Shown here: positions 20,204 through 30,749 of the stretch, one piece after another
Layout: every line of letters starts with the position of its first letter
How positions within the stretch are numbered: the stretch's first letter is position 1
Assembly: GCA_043732185.1 (NCBI GenBank)
Contig: JAYTHY010000112.1
Span: 1 to 64,000, forward strand
From: Fibrobacteria bacterium
GTDB lineage: Bacteria > Fibrobacterota > Fibrobacteria > UBA11236
DNA length: 64,000 nt
Direction of reading: 5' to 3'
Made by a program: the position numbers and the translations under genes
The notes under the pieces: generated by a model
The model's database searches: none
Seen by the model: only the letters and a program-made list of their open reading frames with translations
What the model was told of the DNA's origin: nothing

Positions 20204-23200
20204 TTACCAATCCAAAGGGCGACGCCAGCTGGAAAACATTTCTTCCAGGCTGGCGGAAAAGAGGGCTTGGCCGCGGTCTTGTAGGGTTAAGGTAGGCTCG
20301 GCAGTCACTTCGCCTAACCGGCCACTGGGAAGTCCGGCCATTAATATTTCAAACTGGGTACGGTGTTCGGGTTTTACGGTAACTACAAAGCGGCTCTGAC
20401 TTTCCGAGAAAAGTTTCACACCGATGGGTAGAAGGCTTTGTTCACCGGCACCGGCACCGATGCCAGAACCAGCGCTAGCATCCCCAATGGGCATGGCGGA
20501 CAGATCCACCTGCGCGCCCAAGCGTCCAGCCATGCATACCTCAGCCAGCGCGGTAAACAATCCACCGTCGGAACAATCATGGGCCGATCGAACAATCCCC
20601 AAGGATATGGCGTCGGCTAGACGGTTATAGAGCGCCAATGCGGACACGGCATCGACTTTGGGAACTTTATTTCCGATGAAGCCCTGTCGCAGGAAATATT
20701 CTGACGCCCCCATTTCATCATGTGTGAAGCCTAAAACATATATGCCATCCCCGGCAGCTTTGGCATCCATCGTAATGGTTTTTTCCACATCGTCCAATAC
20801 TGCGATGGCTGTGAACAGCAGGGTGGGAGGGACCGAGATCCTATCCTTACCGCGTCCATAATCATTCTTCATCGAATCCTTGCCAGAGATGAGCGGCAGG
20901 CTGTAGGCGAGGCAATAATCATACAATGCCTGATTGGATCGGACGAGTTGGGCCAGTTTGTATTGGCCATCTGGAGTGGCTGCGGATTCGACAGGATCGG
21001 GCCAGCAAAAATTGTCGAGACCGGCGATGGTTCCGGGCCTGGCACCTACCGCCACCATATTTCGAACGGCCTCGTCGATGGCGCATGCGGTCATGTGGTA
21101 GGTATCGATATCGCTGTATCTGGGGACGATGCCATGGGAGATGGCGAGGCCTTCTTTGCGGGAATAGATGGGCCTAATCACGGCCGCATCGCTGGGGCCG
21201 TCGGCTTTTTCGCCCACAAAGGGTTTGATCACACTCATGCCTTGCACTTCATGATCATACTGACGCACCCAACTTTCCTTCGAACAAATGTTCAAGGTGG
21301 AAAGCAAGTCGAGGGCATCCGCTTTTAGATCGCGGGAGGCCCAGAAACTCGGTGGCGGCTCAGAATGGCGGGGTGGGGTCCAGCGGGCTTTGAGATGGAG
21401 TTTTGGATTGCCATCGTGTAGAAAATCCATTTCCAGGCGGCAGACAAGTTTGCCATTGAAGTAGGCTTCAAAATTTCCATTGTCAGTAAAGTCACCCAAG
21501 TCCGTGGCTTCAACTCCGCGACGAACAGCGAGTTCGCAGAAGGCGGCCAAATTTTCTGGAGGCACGGCAAAGGACATGCGTTCTTGGGCTTCCGATACCA
21601 GAATTTCCCACGGGTCCATGCCTGCATATTTAAGCGGGGCCAGGTCCAGGTGGATGCGGCAACCTCCGCACTCGCGGGCCATTTCGCCCAACGAGGAAGA
21701 CAAGCCACCCGCGCCATTGTCTGTGACAAAACGGTAGAGCTCTAAATCGCGGGCTTCTAAAAGGAAATCGCTGAGTTTTTTTTGTGTGATGGGATCGCCG
21801 ATTTGCACCGCCGAGGTGGGCGAGGCTTCCGTCATGGCCGCCGAAGAGAACGTGGCGCCATGGATGCCATCTTTACCGATTCGGCCCCCGGCCATCAATA
21901 TCCGGTCGCCGGGGAGAATGGATTTCTGCCATGTGGGTTTGCCATTGATATGGGAGGGCAGGAGTCCCCCCGTTCCACAAAACACCAGAGGCTTGCCTAA
22001 AAATCGATCGTCAAATACGATGCTGCCGTTGACGGTGGGAATGCCGCTTTCATTGCCGCCATCCCTGACGCCTCTATGCACTTCTTTGAGAATCCGGCGT
22101 GGATGATGGAGTTTCTCTGGAATAGGTTTGGCATAAAAGGGCGACGCGAAGCAAAACACATCCGTGTTGAAAATGGGCCGACACCCCATTCCGCAGCCCA
22201 GAATATCGCGGTTAACACCAACGATACCGGTCATGGCGCCGCCATAGGGATCGAGCGCGCTGGGGGAGTTGTGGGTTTCCGCCTTCATGGCAATGTCCCA
22301 TCCGTCAACAAAGGCAATGATACCGGCATTGTCCGTAAACACTGATTTAAGCCAAGGCGCTTTGGGTCGAATAGCTTCCGTCGCTGCCTTGATAAAGGTT
22401 TTGTACAAGGAATGAAATACTTCCTTCCGGCCTTTATCGTCTGTATACTCAATGGTAGCGGCAAAGATTTTATGCTTGCAATGCTCGCTCCAGGTCTGGG
22501 CGATGACTTCCAGCTCCACATCCGTAGGCTCTACAGGCAATCCCGCCTCGGCCCGGTCATACCTGCGATTGGGATCGGAGTAATAGGCTTTGATGGCATG
22601 CATTTCCGGAATGGTCAGGGCCAGCACTTTGGTATCCGAGAGCGCCTGCAATCCTGCATCATCATCGGGAAGCACAACCGTATGGGTTTGGGGCTGATGG
22701 TGAATGGCAACTTTATTTGAAACGGCTGATATGCCCGGAGCCGCTAGCCAATCTTGACGCGAGCGAATGACATAGGTTTGGATGAGGTCATTGGCCAGGA
22801 GTTTGGTGGCCAGCGTTTCCGCTTCCCCTCTGGAAAGGGATCCGGTGAGCAGGAATTGCAGGCTGGTATAGACTTGATCCGCATCATCCAATCGTCGTCC
22901 CAAAAGATCCGCTATGCCTTCCCGGCTGGATCGACCGACATTGTCGGTCACTCCGGGTTTGTAGCCTACTTCAATGAGATAGTCGAAGTTTTGAGCGAGG
23001 GGTGCGTTGATGGCGGTGGTTTCGGTGATCGGGTCCGTAAACAGTTCATGCGCAATTTGGCTCTGTTCCCGTTGGTTCAGGTCCATTTCCAGCACGTAGA
23101 CGGAGAGTACGGCAACTTTATCCACTGGCAATCGAAAGTTCTCATGAATCGTGGCCAGGATTTTACGACCGGCAGCATCCGTGGTGGATGATTTCTGTCC

Positions 23201-23221
23201 GACTTCTATACGCGTGAGCAA
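20204..23221 (-). CDS. purL: FGAM synthase synthetase subunit with N-terminal PurS-like extension
   Basis: QTWSEHCKHK, ETHNSPS, DNGAGG, SEAQERM, DNFCW, SGKDS, HDCSDGG; TTG start. Confidence 0.95.
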   Translation of the reverse strand: MLTRIEVGQKSSTTDAAGRKILATIHENFRLPVDKVAVLSVYVLEMDLNQREQSQIAHELFTDPITETTAINAPLAQNFDYLIEVGYKPGVTDNVGRSSREGIADLLGRRLDDADQVYTSLQFLLTGSLSRGEAETLATKLLANDLIQTYVIRSRQDWLAAPGISAVSNKVAIHHQPQTHTVVLPDDDAGLQALSDTKVLALTIPEMHAIKAYYSDPNRRYDRAEAGLPVEPTDVELEVIAQTWSEHCKHKIFAATIEYTDDKGRKEVFHSLYKTFIKAATEAIRPKAPWLKSVFTDNAGIIAFVDGWDIAMKAETHNSPSALDPYGGAMTGIVGVNRDILGCGMGCRPIFNTDVFCFASPFYAKPIPEKLHHPRRILKEVHRGVRDGGNESGIPTVNGSIVFDDRFLGKPLVFCGTGGLLPSHINGKPTWQKSILPGDRILMAGGRIGKDGIHGATFSSAAMTEASPTSAVQIGDPITQKKLSDFLLEARDLELYRFVTDNGAGGLSSSLGEMARECGGCRIHLDLAPLKYAGMDPWEILVSEAQERMSFAVPPENLAAFCELAVRRGVEATDLGDFTDNGNFEAYFNGKLVCRLEMDFLHDGNPKLHLKARWTPPRHSEPPPSFWASRDLKADALDLLSTLNICSKESWVRQYDHEVQGMSVIKPFVGEKADGPSDAAVIRPIYSRKEGLAISHGIVPRYSDIDTYHMTACAIDEAVRNMVAVGARPGTIAGLDNFCWPDPVESAATPDGQYKLAQLVRSNQALYDYCLAYSLPLISGKDSMKNDYGRGKDRISVPPTLLFTAIAVLDDVEKTITMDAKAAGDGIYVLGFTHDEMGASEYFLRQGFIGNKVPKVDAVSALALYNRLADAISLGIVRSAHDCSDGGLFTALAEVCMAGRLGAQVDLSAMPIGDASAGSGIGAGAGEQSLLPIGVKLFSESQSRFVVTVKPEHRTQFEILMAGLPSGRLGEVTAEPTLTLQDRGQALFSASLEEMFSSWRRPLDW

Positions 23222-23540
23222 AATGTCCCCTGAAATTCGCGGTGGCTAAAGGGACGTGTCCCAAGCCCCTTTGGGTTGATGGAATATAACGAGTTTCGTC
23301 CCCATCAATTTAGTACCTCGACGCCAAGCTATAAACTCGCCGGGCCCTTTATTTGTGCAAATTTGGGGTGCATGAAAAAATAATTGGTACCGATATGAAC
23401 CTCGATAAAGTCATCCACGAAATCCAACGATTTTTCTTAACTTTTCCCGACGAGTTGCTTTTCGGCCTTCTTTTCCGGAAAGTTCCTTTTCTGGCTAGAA
23501 TCAAGTTTTCTGGGTAGAAACAAGTGGACATGGGTTTGGT

Positions 23541-23617
23541 GTCCTCGTAGCTCAGCTGGATAGAGCAGCAGTTTCCTAAACTGACGGTCGGATGTTCAAT
23601 TCATCTCGAGGACACCA
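23541..23617 (+). tRNA. tRNA-Arg(CCT)
   Basis: GTCCTCGTAGCTCAGCTGGATAGAGC...TTCCTAA loop...GTTCAATTC...GAGGACACCA, 77 nt. Confidence 0.95.
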
Positions 23618-23677
23618 AGCCCACTACATTTCACTTGGGCCGGGCTTCAAGTTTAAACCCTAAAAGAGGATAAATTC

Positions 23678-24250
23678 ATGCGTACTTTGTTGTGGAAAGT
23701 ATTGGTCGTCGCCATGGCAACTTGTCGGGTCGCTTTTCCTGCCAATTCCGATTCCGTAACCTCTTCGCCATCCGTGGCCGCTCTAGGAGATACCCTTGTC
23801 GTTGGGAAACCGGCTCCTGACTTTAAACTTCGCAATCAGGCCGGAGTAGAAATGTCGCTGAAGGAATTTCGTGGTAAATGGATAGTGCTTTATTTTTACC
23901 CTAAAAATTTTACGGGTGGCTGCACTCTTGAAGCCCATAATTTCCAACGCGATTCGGCGCTCTATTTAAAGGCCGGCGCGGTGATTTTAGGAGTCAGCAC
24001 CGATGACATCGGTTCGCATAAAGATTTTTGCTCAAAGGAACGATTGGGATTCAACTTACTTGCCGATACGAATGGCGTTGTATCCGGCCTCTATCATTCC
24101 ATCAAGAGCTGGGTTGGGGTCAAACTCTCCTCCCGAAACACATTCATTATCGATCCTGATGGAAACGTTGCGAAAATTTTCATCTCTGTAAAACCCGCCA
24201 AGCATAGTGAAGAGGTTTTGGAAGCACTAGCTGGGCTTAAACGTAAATAA
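23678..24250 (+). CDS. bcp: Peroxiredoxin, BCP/PrxQ subfamily, with signal peptide
   Basis: APDF, LYFYPK..T.GCT.EA, RNTFIID. Confidence 0.88.
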   Translation: MRTLLWKVLVVAMATCRVAFPANSDSVTSSPSVAALGDTLVVGKPAPDFKLRNQAGVEMSLKEFRGKWIVLYFYPKNFTGGCTLEAHNFQRDSALYLKAGAVILGVSTDDIGSHKDFCSKERLGFNLLADTNGVVSGLYHSIKSWVGVKLSSRNTFIIDPDGNVAKIFISVKPAKHSEEVLEALAGLKRK

Positions 24251-24274
24251 GGCCATAAATATTGGGAGGGTTCA

Positions 24275-25771
24275 GTGAATTGGAAAACAAGATTTTTCAG
24301 CTATGGCCTTTTTGTAGCACTGTGTATTTCTGTGAGTACAGTCAGTGCGAATATCACCAATCCTTTTTTCAACGACCATATGGTTCTGCAAAGGCAGATG
24401 CTGGTGCCGGTTTTCGGTAAGGCCGATGTAGGGGAAAAGGTAACCGTGACTTTCCGTGGGCAAACCAAAATGAACACGGCCGATGCCAATGGAAAATGGA
24501 TGGTGAAATTGGACTCGATGGAAGCCGGTGGTCCGTTTCAACTCGTGCTGACGGGAAAGAATACAGTGACCATTTCGGATGTGATGGTGGGTGAAGTCTG
24601 GATTGGCAGTGGACAGTCCAATATGGAAATGGGCATGGACGGTGCCTATAACGCCAATGGCGCCGCCGTTGCCGATTCCGCCAAGAAGGCGGACTATCCC
24701 AATTTTAGGGTGATGGGGCCCGCTGCTACGAATGGGGTTTGGAGAGTGTGCACGCCCGCCAATATTCTCAGTTTTTCGGAGCTGGGATATTTCTTTGGCC
24801 GCGATTTACAAATTGCCTTGAAAATCCCCGTTGGCATGGTAGTAAGCGCCGTTGGCGGCACCGAGGTGGAGCGTTGGTTGGAGCCCGATTTTATTTCCAA
24901 GGATACGGCTCTTTCCAATCCGGCTTTCCGCACGCAAAACAATCTGGCCGGAGATCTCTTCAAAGCAAGAATCGCCCCCTTGATTCCCATGGCCTTTCGC
25001 GGTGCCCTGTGGTACCAGGGCGAAAGCAATGAATGGAATAGCCAGTTTTACTTAACCCGATTTGCCGGACTGGTAAAAGGTTGGCGCAAAGTTTGGGGTC
25101 AAGGGGATTTCCCCTTCTATTTTGTCCAACTGGCATCCTACCGTACCTTGCAGGTCAACCCCGTGGAAGCATCCGGCTGGTGCGATATCCGCGAAGCCCA
25201 GCGGCTATCCTTGGCGCTACCTAATAGCGGAATGGCCACGGCTATCGATATAGGGGAAGCCGGTGACATTCATCCGAAGAACAAATGGGATATCGGGTAC
25301 CGTTTTTCGCTCACCGCCCGAGCCTTGGTTTACAATGAATCCAATTTGGTCTATTCGGGACCCATGTTTAAAAGTTCCGCCGTGGAGGGAAATAAAATCC
25401 GCCTGCAGTTTTCGCAACTTGGCGGCGGTTTAAAGTCCAAGGATGGGGGTGCTCTCAAAGGCTTTGCCATTGCCGGTGCGGACGGTAAATGGGTTTGGGG
25501 AAGCGCCGTTGTGGACAACGCTTCCATATTGGTTTCAGCGGCTACAGTCACATCGCCAACTCAAGTTCGATATTCCTGGTCTGCCAATCCAATCGGGAAC
25601 TTGGTTAATTTGGCTGGACTGCCAGCCTCGTCCTTTAAAACCGATGGAGCGCAGCTTCCGGTGGTTCTAGCAAGAGTAGAACGTAAACCCAGAGTAGGAT
25701 TTGGTTGGCATCGGTGGTTGGGTCTTAGGGATTTGGTGGGGCGTAAGGTAAACACTTCACTCGCAAGGTAA
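24275..25771 (+). CDS. Secreted sialate O-acetylesterase (SASA/SGNH) family carbohydrate esterase
   Basis: DHMVLQR, GEVW..SGQSNM, WYQGESN, PFYFVQL, DIHP; signal peptide. Confidence 0.9.
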   Translation: MNWKTRFFSYGLFVALCISVSTVSANITNPFFNDHMVLQRQMLVPVFGKADVGEKVTVTFRGQTKMNTADANGKWMVKLDSMEAGGPFQLVLTGKNTVTISDVMVGEVWIGSGQSNMEMGMDGAYNANGAAVADSAKKADYPNFRVMGPAATNGVWRVCTPANILSFSELGYFFGRDLQIALKIPVGMVVSAVGGTEVERWLEPDFISKDTALSNPAFRTQNNLAGDLFKARIAPLIPMAFRGALWYQGESNEWNSQFYLTRFAGLVKGWRKVWGQGDFPFYFVQLASYRTLQVNPVEASGWCDIREAQRLSLALPNSGMATAIDIGEAGDIHPKNKWDIGYRFSLTARALVYNESNLVYSGPMFKSSAVEGNKIRLQFSQLGGGLKSKDGGALKGFAIAGADGKWVWGSAVVDNASILVSAATVTSPTQVRYSWSANPIGNLVNLAGLPASSFKTDGAQLPVVLARVERKPRVGFGWHRWLGLRDLVGRKVNTSLAR

Positions 25772-25842
25772 ACGCTTAACTTTAACTCCAACAGCAATAA
25801 CTGCTGGGAACTAGAGAAGAGCGGTTAGGCGTGTTGAAGCAG

Positions 25843-25871
25843 AAAAATAAGGGGATTGATAAGGATCCCCT
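25843..25871 (-). terminator. Likely intrinsic terminator between convergent genes
   Basis: AGGGGAT...ATCCCCT stem with a T-rich run on the minus strand. Confidence 0.55.
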
Positions 25872-25878
25872 CGGTGGG

Positions 25879-26208
25879 TTATTGAATATTAAAATCCAAA
25901 AATTTCTGCACCAGAGATTTCAACTCTTCCCTTTTTTGCGAAATCTCCTGCATTAAAGAACGGGATTCCAAAGAGGTTTCAAACGGGAATTTCCTCGCGG
26001 TTGAACGTGTGCCCGCTCCTTTACCTTTTAACCCAGCTTTTTTGAGGACATTGTTGATTGTACTCGCTGTGAAACCCGTTGCCTTGACCACTTCTTGGAT
26101 GCCTCCCCGTTCAGGGTGTTCGGCCATGAGCTTAACAATTTTTTGGCGGTCTTCCTCAGTTGTTCGAGTTCCCGTTCTTTTTTTCTCACCGTAAGTTCTT
26201 GTTGCCAT
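25879..26208 (-). CDS. Small basic HTH-like DNA-binding protein with C-terminal coiled coil
   Basis: AAGGA SD; GIQEVVKATGFTASTINNVLKK HTH-like segment; Lys/Arg-rich linker. Confidence 0.65.
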   Translation of the reverse strand: MATRTYGEKKRTGTRTTEEDRQKIVKLMAEHPERGGIQEVVKATGFTASTINNVLKKAGLKGKGAGTRSTARKFPFETSLESRSLMQEISQKREELKSLVQKFLDFNIQ

Positions 26209-26393
26209 GTAATGTCCTTTTTCCTCTTTACCTAAAATGGAAGTGCGGATGCAATGATAATTAATTATTGAGAGCGTCCTCGGTCACTTTTTTTCCGCGG
26301 CATCCATTTCCATGGCACCGTTAAGCTTATTCAGCATCGTCATGAGGATGCTGAATAAGGGAGTGGGGTTTTAATAAGAAAAGGATGCGAATT

Positions 26394-27590
26394 TTATGGG
26401 TGGCGGTGAAGAGGCTTCCATATTTTCCCGAGGATTGAGAGGGTAAACCTGCCAAAACTGAAGGAGGGCATGGCCTTTGAATCAAACGCCTTGTCCATTG
26501 ACCCAACTGGGATATTTTCGTGGTTTTGATCTGGTTTTTTCGATTTCTGTCCGCCAAAATTATTAGGCGTCAGCCCGGTCGTTAATTTTGAAAAATCAAT
26601 TTCGTCCCGAGTGATCAAATAGGGATTGTTGTAGGTGTCCAACGTCCATTGCAGGCTGTTTTGACTGGTTTCACCGCCATTTTGAAAGCGAACCCAGGTC
26701 ACAAAAAAGACATAGTCCGACTGTTTGGTTTTGAACATGTCGATGGGTGGAATTTTTCCATTTTCTGTGATACCGATGGGTTTGCCGTTGGCAAGTTTAA
26801 CCAAATCTGCATAGAGGGCATCGGTATAGGAAGCGCCAAAGTTTTCATAGATGTCGAGGCCTAAAATATCGACATAGTTTTGACCGGGATAATACTTTTC
26901 AATTGGGGCCGCAGGAAAATTGGCACAATAGACCCAGAGAAGATTGTTAAGCCCGTGATAATTGGTAAGCCGGTCGTACATCTGCTTCCATAGTTCCGGA
27001 AACCGGTTTTGCTGGCACCACCAAAACCAATTTCCGTTCATTTCATGGAAAGGACGCCAGAGGACGGGTACTCCGGCAGTCTGTGCCTGCTTGAGAAACC
27101 CGGCCACGCGATCCATGCGGGCCAGCCAGTTCTTGTTTTCCGCTGTACCGGTTTTTAGAATGCTGTCGAGGAAGCCTTCAGGTCGGCCTTGGTTGATATC
27201 CGACCATGCGCAGGCGGACTCATTCCAAGAGGGTGGACAGGCATGCCAACAGAAAAAGGGAATAGCCTTTTCGCTTTTCCATTTGTCGATCGCCAAAGTA
27301 ATGGACCCTTGTCCACCCCAACCAAAATCGTTCCCATAGATGGCCGGTTTTTTTCCTACATCAGTTTGGACTTTTTTTTCCGCCATGTCACCGTCGACAT
27401 AATCCGTTTGTCCGGAAAGGATTCCTTTCCCTTTGATGGAATGCAAATACTGGAGGACCAGCTTTGCCTCTGCCGTTGCTTTTGGATTTACAGGAACGGT
27501 TTGCGCACTTACGTATAGGGCAGCGAGCAGCAGCAATCGTGCAACAAAAAATGATTTTCTGGTCAGGCGGAATTTCCAGTTCAATTTCAT
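26394..27590 (-). CDS. Secreted GH26 glycoside hydrolase (beta-mannanase-like)
   Basis: ILSGQ, WH, WRPFHEMNGNWFWW, YYPG..YVDILGLDIY, TENG. Confidence 0.93.
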   Translation of the reverse strand: MKLNWKFRLTRKSFFVARLLLLAALYVSAQTVPVNPKATAEAKLVLQYLHSIKGKGILSGQTDYVDGDMAEKKVQTDVGKKPAIYGNDFGWGGQGSITLAIDKWKSEKAIPFFCWHACPPSWNESACAWSDINQGRPEGFLDSILKTGTAENKNWLARMDRVAGFLKQAQTAGVPVLWRPFHEMNGNWFWWCQQNRFPELWKQMYDRLTNYHGLNNLLWVYCANFPAAPIEKYYPGQNYVDILGLDIYENFGASYTDALYADLVKLANGKPIGITENGKIPPIDMFKTKQSDYVFFVTWVRFQNGGETSQNSLQWTLDTYNNPYLITRDEIDFSKLTTGLTPNNFGGQKSKKPDQNHENIPVGSMDKAFDSKAMPSFSFGRFTLSILGKIWKPLHRHP

Positions 27591-27655
27591 ATAAATCCTT
27601 TGCTGTGAACACTCCTGTGCATGTTTGAAATGGAACGTTTCCTACTGGTCATAGG

Positions 27656-28897
27656 CTAATCCAGCGGCGGCGGGTTGCTGCGAAATGCCGCTGAATCACC
27701 AGCCCAGGCACTATAACTTTGCCACGGCTTACCAATAAATTTGAAACGGCCAATGGCATAATCGAGGTTATTAGACCAGTCCGCGGCCCATTGCGCATTC
27801 AGATCGCGCCACCAATCGCCTCCCATGCTTCCAATAATTTTGCACGCCGCCCGGTCATCCGGTTTAGCAGGATTATCGGGAATCAGCCGCGCTTGAAAAG
27901 TGGTATATAGCCCGGAAACATTGGTCGGCTGTAATGTGGTGCGACCAGTGGAATTCCAAAAATGGAAATTGTAGCCACCACCCACGCGCACCGAAATGGA
28001 GCCGTCCGCTTCAATTTTTTCTCCCGCTGGTTTATGAACGTCACCGGCAAAGTTTTCGACATACGCAGAACCCTGCATACCCTTTGAAGCCTGAATCAAG
28101 TGCCATTTCCCATCGCTTTTGTAAAGAGCGTATGTTCGCATATCGCGTAGATTGACTCGATAGTTGGCACCCGGATTCCCAGTGCTGGCTTCATAAATCT
28201 GACCCCATGCCATAAAGGCGGTCATGTAATTAGGAGGCGTCACGCCTGCTCCTAAACGGGGCTTGGCAGTCCAGTCACCGACAATTCCATGAGGCAAGGC
28301 TTCCCCTGGCAATGTCATGTCTGAAAGCAGCGTATTCAAACTATTGATTTGCGCCGAGGTATCTGGAAGCAAACCCAATTGCAGATGGGTAGTGGTATCT
28401 GTGGAAAGGAGGCATATACGTGTTGAAAAACCACGCGCAGAGAATCTTAATGTATTGGACGCGGCGCTTCCCTTAGCCAAAGGAAAATCTCGATTGGGAT
28501 TGTTGTCCCTTACATATGTAAACAGGGCGGAGTGGCCAGTTTCGATGGACTCTCCAAGACTGGTGAATATTTTAAGCGACCGGTTCTCACGCGCGCTTAA
28601 AGCATGCGATAAAATCCGCCTTGAAACTGGGGATGACGATGGACCCACAATATGGAATTGCCCGAGATCATTAGTGACGGACCTTAAAGTGGTGTCTTCC
28701 AGTAATACGACGTTTACTCCGGAAACGGGATCCCAACTGACTGAATCGCGCACGATACCGGCAATATCTTTCCGGGTCGCAGTTGCTGTACCCTGAAAGG
28801 CAAATGAAACATCGCTGCGAACGTCTCCCTCATCAAAAGGAAAAGCATGAACAACTTGGTTTGCTGCAATCATCGCAACCACTAGCCAGCCATTCAT
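27656..28897 (-). CDS. Secreted protein: carboxypeptidase-regulatory-like N-domain plus Trp-rich domain of unknown function
   Basis: Signal peptide; IAG.V.D....PV.GV.V motif; aromatic-rich C-terminal domain. Confidence 0.7.
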   Translation of the reverse strand: MNGWLVVAMIAANQVVHAFPFDEGDVRSDVSFAFQGTATATRKDIAGIVRDSVSWDPVSGVNVVLLEDTTLRSVTNDLGQFHIVGPSSSPVSRRILSHALSARENRSLKIFTSLGESIETGHSALFTYVRDNNPNRDFPLAKGSAASNTLRFSARGFSTRICLLSTDTTTHLQLGLLPDTSAQINSLNTLLSDMTLPGEALPHGIVGDWTAKPRLGAGVTPPNYMTAFMAWGQIYEASTGNPGANYRVNLRDMRTYALYKSDGKWHLIQASKGMQGSAYVENFAGDVHKPAGEKIEADGSISVRVGGGYNFHFWNSTGRTTLQPTNVSGLYTTFQARLIPDNPAKPDDRAACKIIGSMGGDWWRDLNAQWAADWSNNLDYAIGRFKFIGKPWQSYSAWAGDSAAFRSNPPPLD

Positions 28898-28985
28898 ATG
28901 TCGCCTTTTTCAGTTTGGAGCCAATTTCTAAAAAAGGTATGGCGGAATCTCGGTAATTAAATTGGGCCGTTTAAAATTCGTCGAC

Positions 28986-29342
28986 TTAAAAAGGGGATTC
29001 AGTATTTAGCGTCCCTATTTGGTACTTTTTAACCCTTAATTGCAGGCTAATGGCTTTTTCGGGACAGACCGTTACGCAATATCCGCAGGCATGGCAATCC
29101 TCCGGCCTACTCGCCGTGGCCAGTACATTTCCATGCACCTTTGCCTTGAGCCGACCGAACCAAGTCATCTCATTTTTCTGGACTTGAGTAAGTGGAACGA
29201 GTTCTAAAACAGAGTAGGGGCAAGCGGGTACGCATGGACCCTTGGCTTCACAGCGTGAGGGATCAATAACGGGGATGAATTTGCCTGACTCGGAAGGACA
29301 AGACTCAGCATTCGCAGTATTTGATTTCACTTTTTCTGTCAC
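28986..29342 (-). CDS. Dicluster-type ferredoxin
   Basis: CEAKGPCVPACP and CHACGYCVTVCP motifs. Confidence 0.85.
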   Translation of the reverse strand: MTEKVKSNTANAESCPSESGKFIPVIDPSRCEAKGPCVPACPYSVLELVPLTQVQKNEMTWFGRLKAKVHGNVLATASRPEDCHACGYCVTVCPEKAISLQLRVKKYQIGTLNTESPF

Positions 29343-29558
29343 GGCACGCCAACTTTCTATTTCAAATTTTAAACAATTCTTAATGTTGCCGTATATCCAG
29401 AGACGCCAAACTCAAAGCTCCGTCTGGAATAATCTGCAAAAAGTAGGTAAAAATGGTCTCGAAATTCGCCATTCCTCCTCCCGTTCCAACACTAAAATCG
29501 CTAAGTTTCACTCATTCCATTTCCAATTTCCCTTGGCAGAATTGCCAGGAAGGTCAGC

Positions 29559-30749
29559 ATGTCTCGAGCCATTTACAGAAACCTTGCCAATCGACTGACT
29601 ACCCTGCAAAAGGAGGGTCTCTTTAAGGAGGAGCGCCCCTTGACCTCACCGCAGGGAGCCGAGGTCGCCTTGGCCACAGGTCAATGGGTCCTAAATCTCT
29701 GCGCCAACAATTATCTAGGCCTGGCGGATGATGCCGATGTCATTCATGCAGCTGAGCAAGGTTTGCGGGAGTGGGGCTATGGCATGGCATCCGTCCGGTT
29801 TATTTGCGGCACACAGGACATTCACACCAAACTGGAAACGGGTCTCGCCGCTTTTCTGGGTACCGAACAGGCCATACTTTTTTCTTCTTGCTTCGACGCC
29901 AATGGCGGCGTATTTGAAGCGCTGCTGGGCGAAGAGGATGCCGTTATCAGCGATGAGCTGAATCACGCCAGCATCATCGATGGCATTCGCCTTTGCAAGG
30001 CGAAACGTCTGCGTTACCGTAACAATGACATGGCCGATTTGGAAGCCCGTTTGATCGAGGCTAAGGATGCTCGTTTTCGTCTCATCGCAACCGATGGCGT
30101 GTTTTCCATGGATGGGATTATCGCGGACCTCAGAGGTATTTGCGATTTGGCGGACAAGTATGATGCCTTGGTGATGGTCGATGATTCTCATGCCGTAGGC
30201 GTGCTTGGCCGGGACGGCAGCGGCACAGCGGACCATTGTGGGGTAACTGGTCGGGTACATATCTTGACGGGCACATTGGGTAAAGCGCTGGGAGGCGCTG
30301 CGGGAGGCTATGTGGCCGCGCGTTCGGAAATCGTGGGGTGGCTGCGTCAAAGGGCCCGGCCCTATCTTTTTTCCAACAGCTTACCGCCGGCTTTAGCCGC
30401 GGCATCGCTTAAGGCATTGGAATTGGTGGAAGATGGCGAAGAATTGCGACGGCGATTGCGTGAAAACAGCGTGCGCTTCAGGATTGGATTGGAAGCTGCC
30501 GGCTTCAAATTGGTACCTGGCGAACACCCCATCATCCCCATTCTTATCGGCGACGCGAAGCTAGCCAAGGACATGGCCGCTCGATTGCTAAAATACGGAG
30601 TCTATGCCGTGGCTTTTTCTTTTCCGGTGGTTCCGGAAGGCAAGGCGCGCATACGTGTGCAAATGTCCTCTGCGCATACACAGGATCAATTGGAATCAGC
30701 ATTGGACGCTTTTGAAAAAGCGGGAAGGGAATCGGGAGTTTTAACATGA
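29559..30749 (+). CDS. kbl: 2-amino-3-ketobutyrate CoA ligase (glycine C-acetyltransferase)
   Basis: [37 protein letters not shown]. Confidence 0.97.
   Translation: MSRAIYRNLANRLTTLQKEGLFKEERPLTSPQGAEVALATGQWVLNLCANNYLGLADDADVIHAAEQGLREWGYGMASVRFICGTQDIHTKLETGLAAFLGTEQAILFSSCFDANGGVFEALLGEEDAVISDELNHASIIDGIRLCKAKRLRYRNNDMADLEARLIEAKDARFRLIATDGVFSMDGIIADLRGICDLADKYDALVMVDDSHAVGVLGRDGSGTADHCGVTGRVHILTGTLGKALGGAAGGYVAARSEIVGWLRQRARPYLFSNSLPPALAAASLKALELVEDGEELRRRLRENSVRFRIGLEAAGFKLVPGEHPIIPILIGDAKLAKDMAARLLKYGVYAVAFSFPVVPEGKARIRVQMSSAHTQDQLESALDAFEKAGRESGVLT

Noticed and set aside
20204..23221. Unusually long PurL with separate PurQ
   Set aside because: PurS-like fusion to PurL is a known architecture, not novel
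23541..23617. G-A mismatch at the top of the tRNA-Arg anticodon stem as a sign of a pseudogene
   Set aside because: All other arms and the CCA end are intact; a mismatch at this position is tolerated
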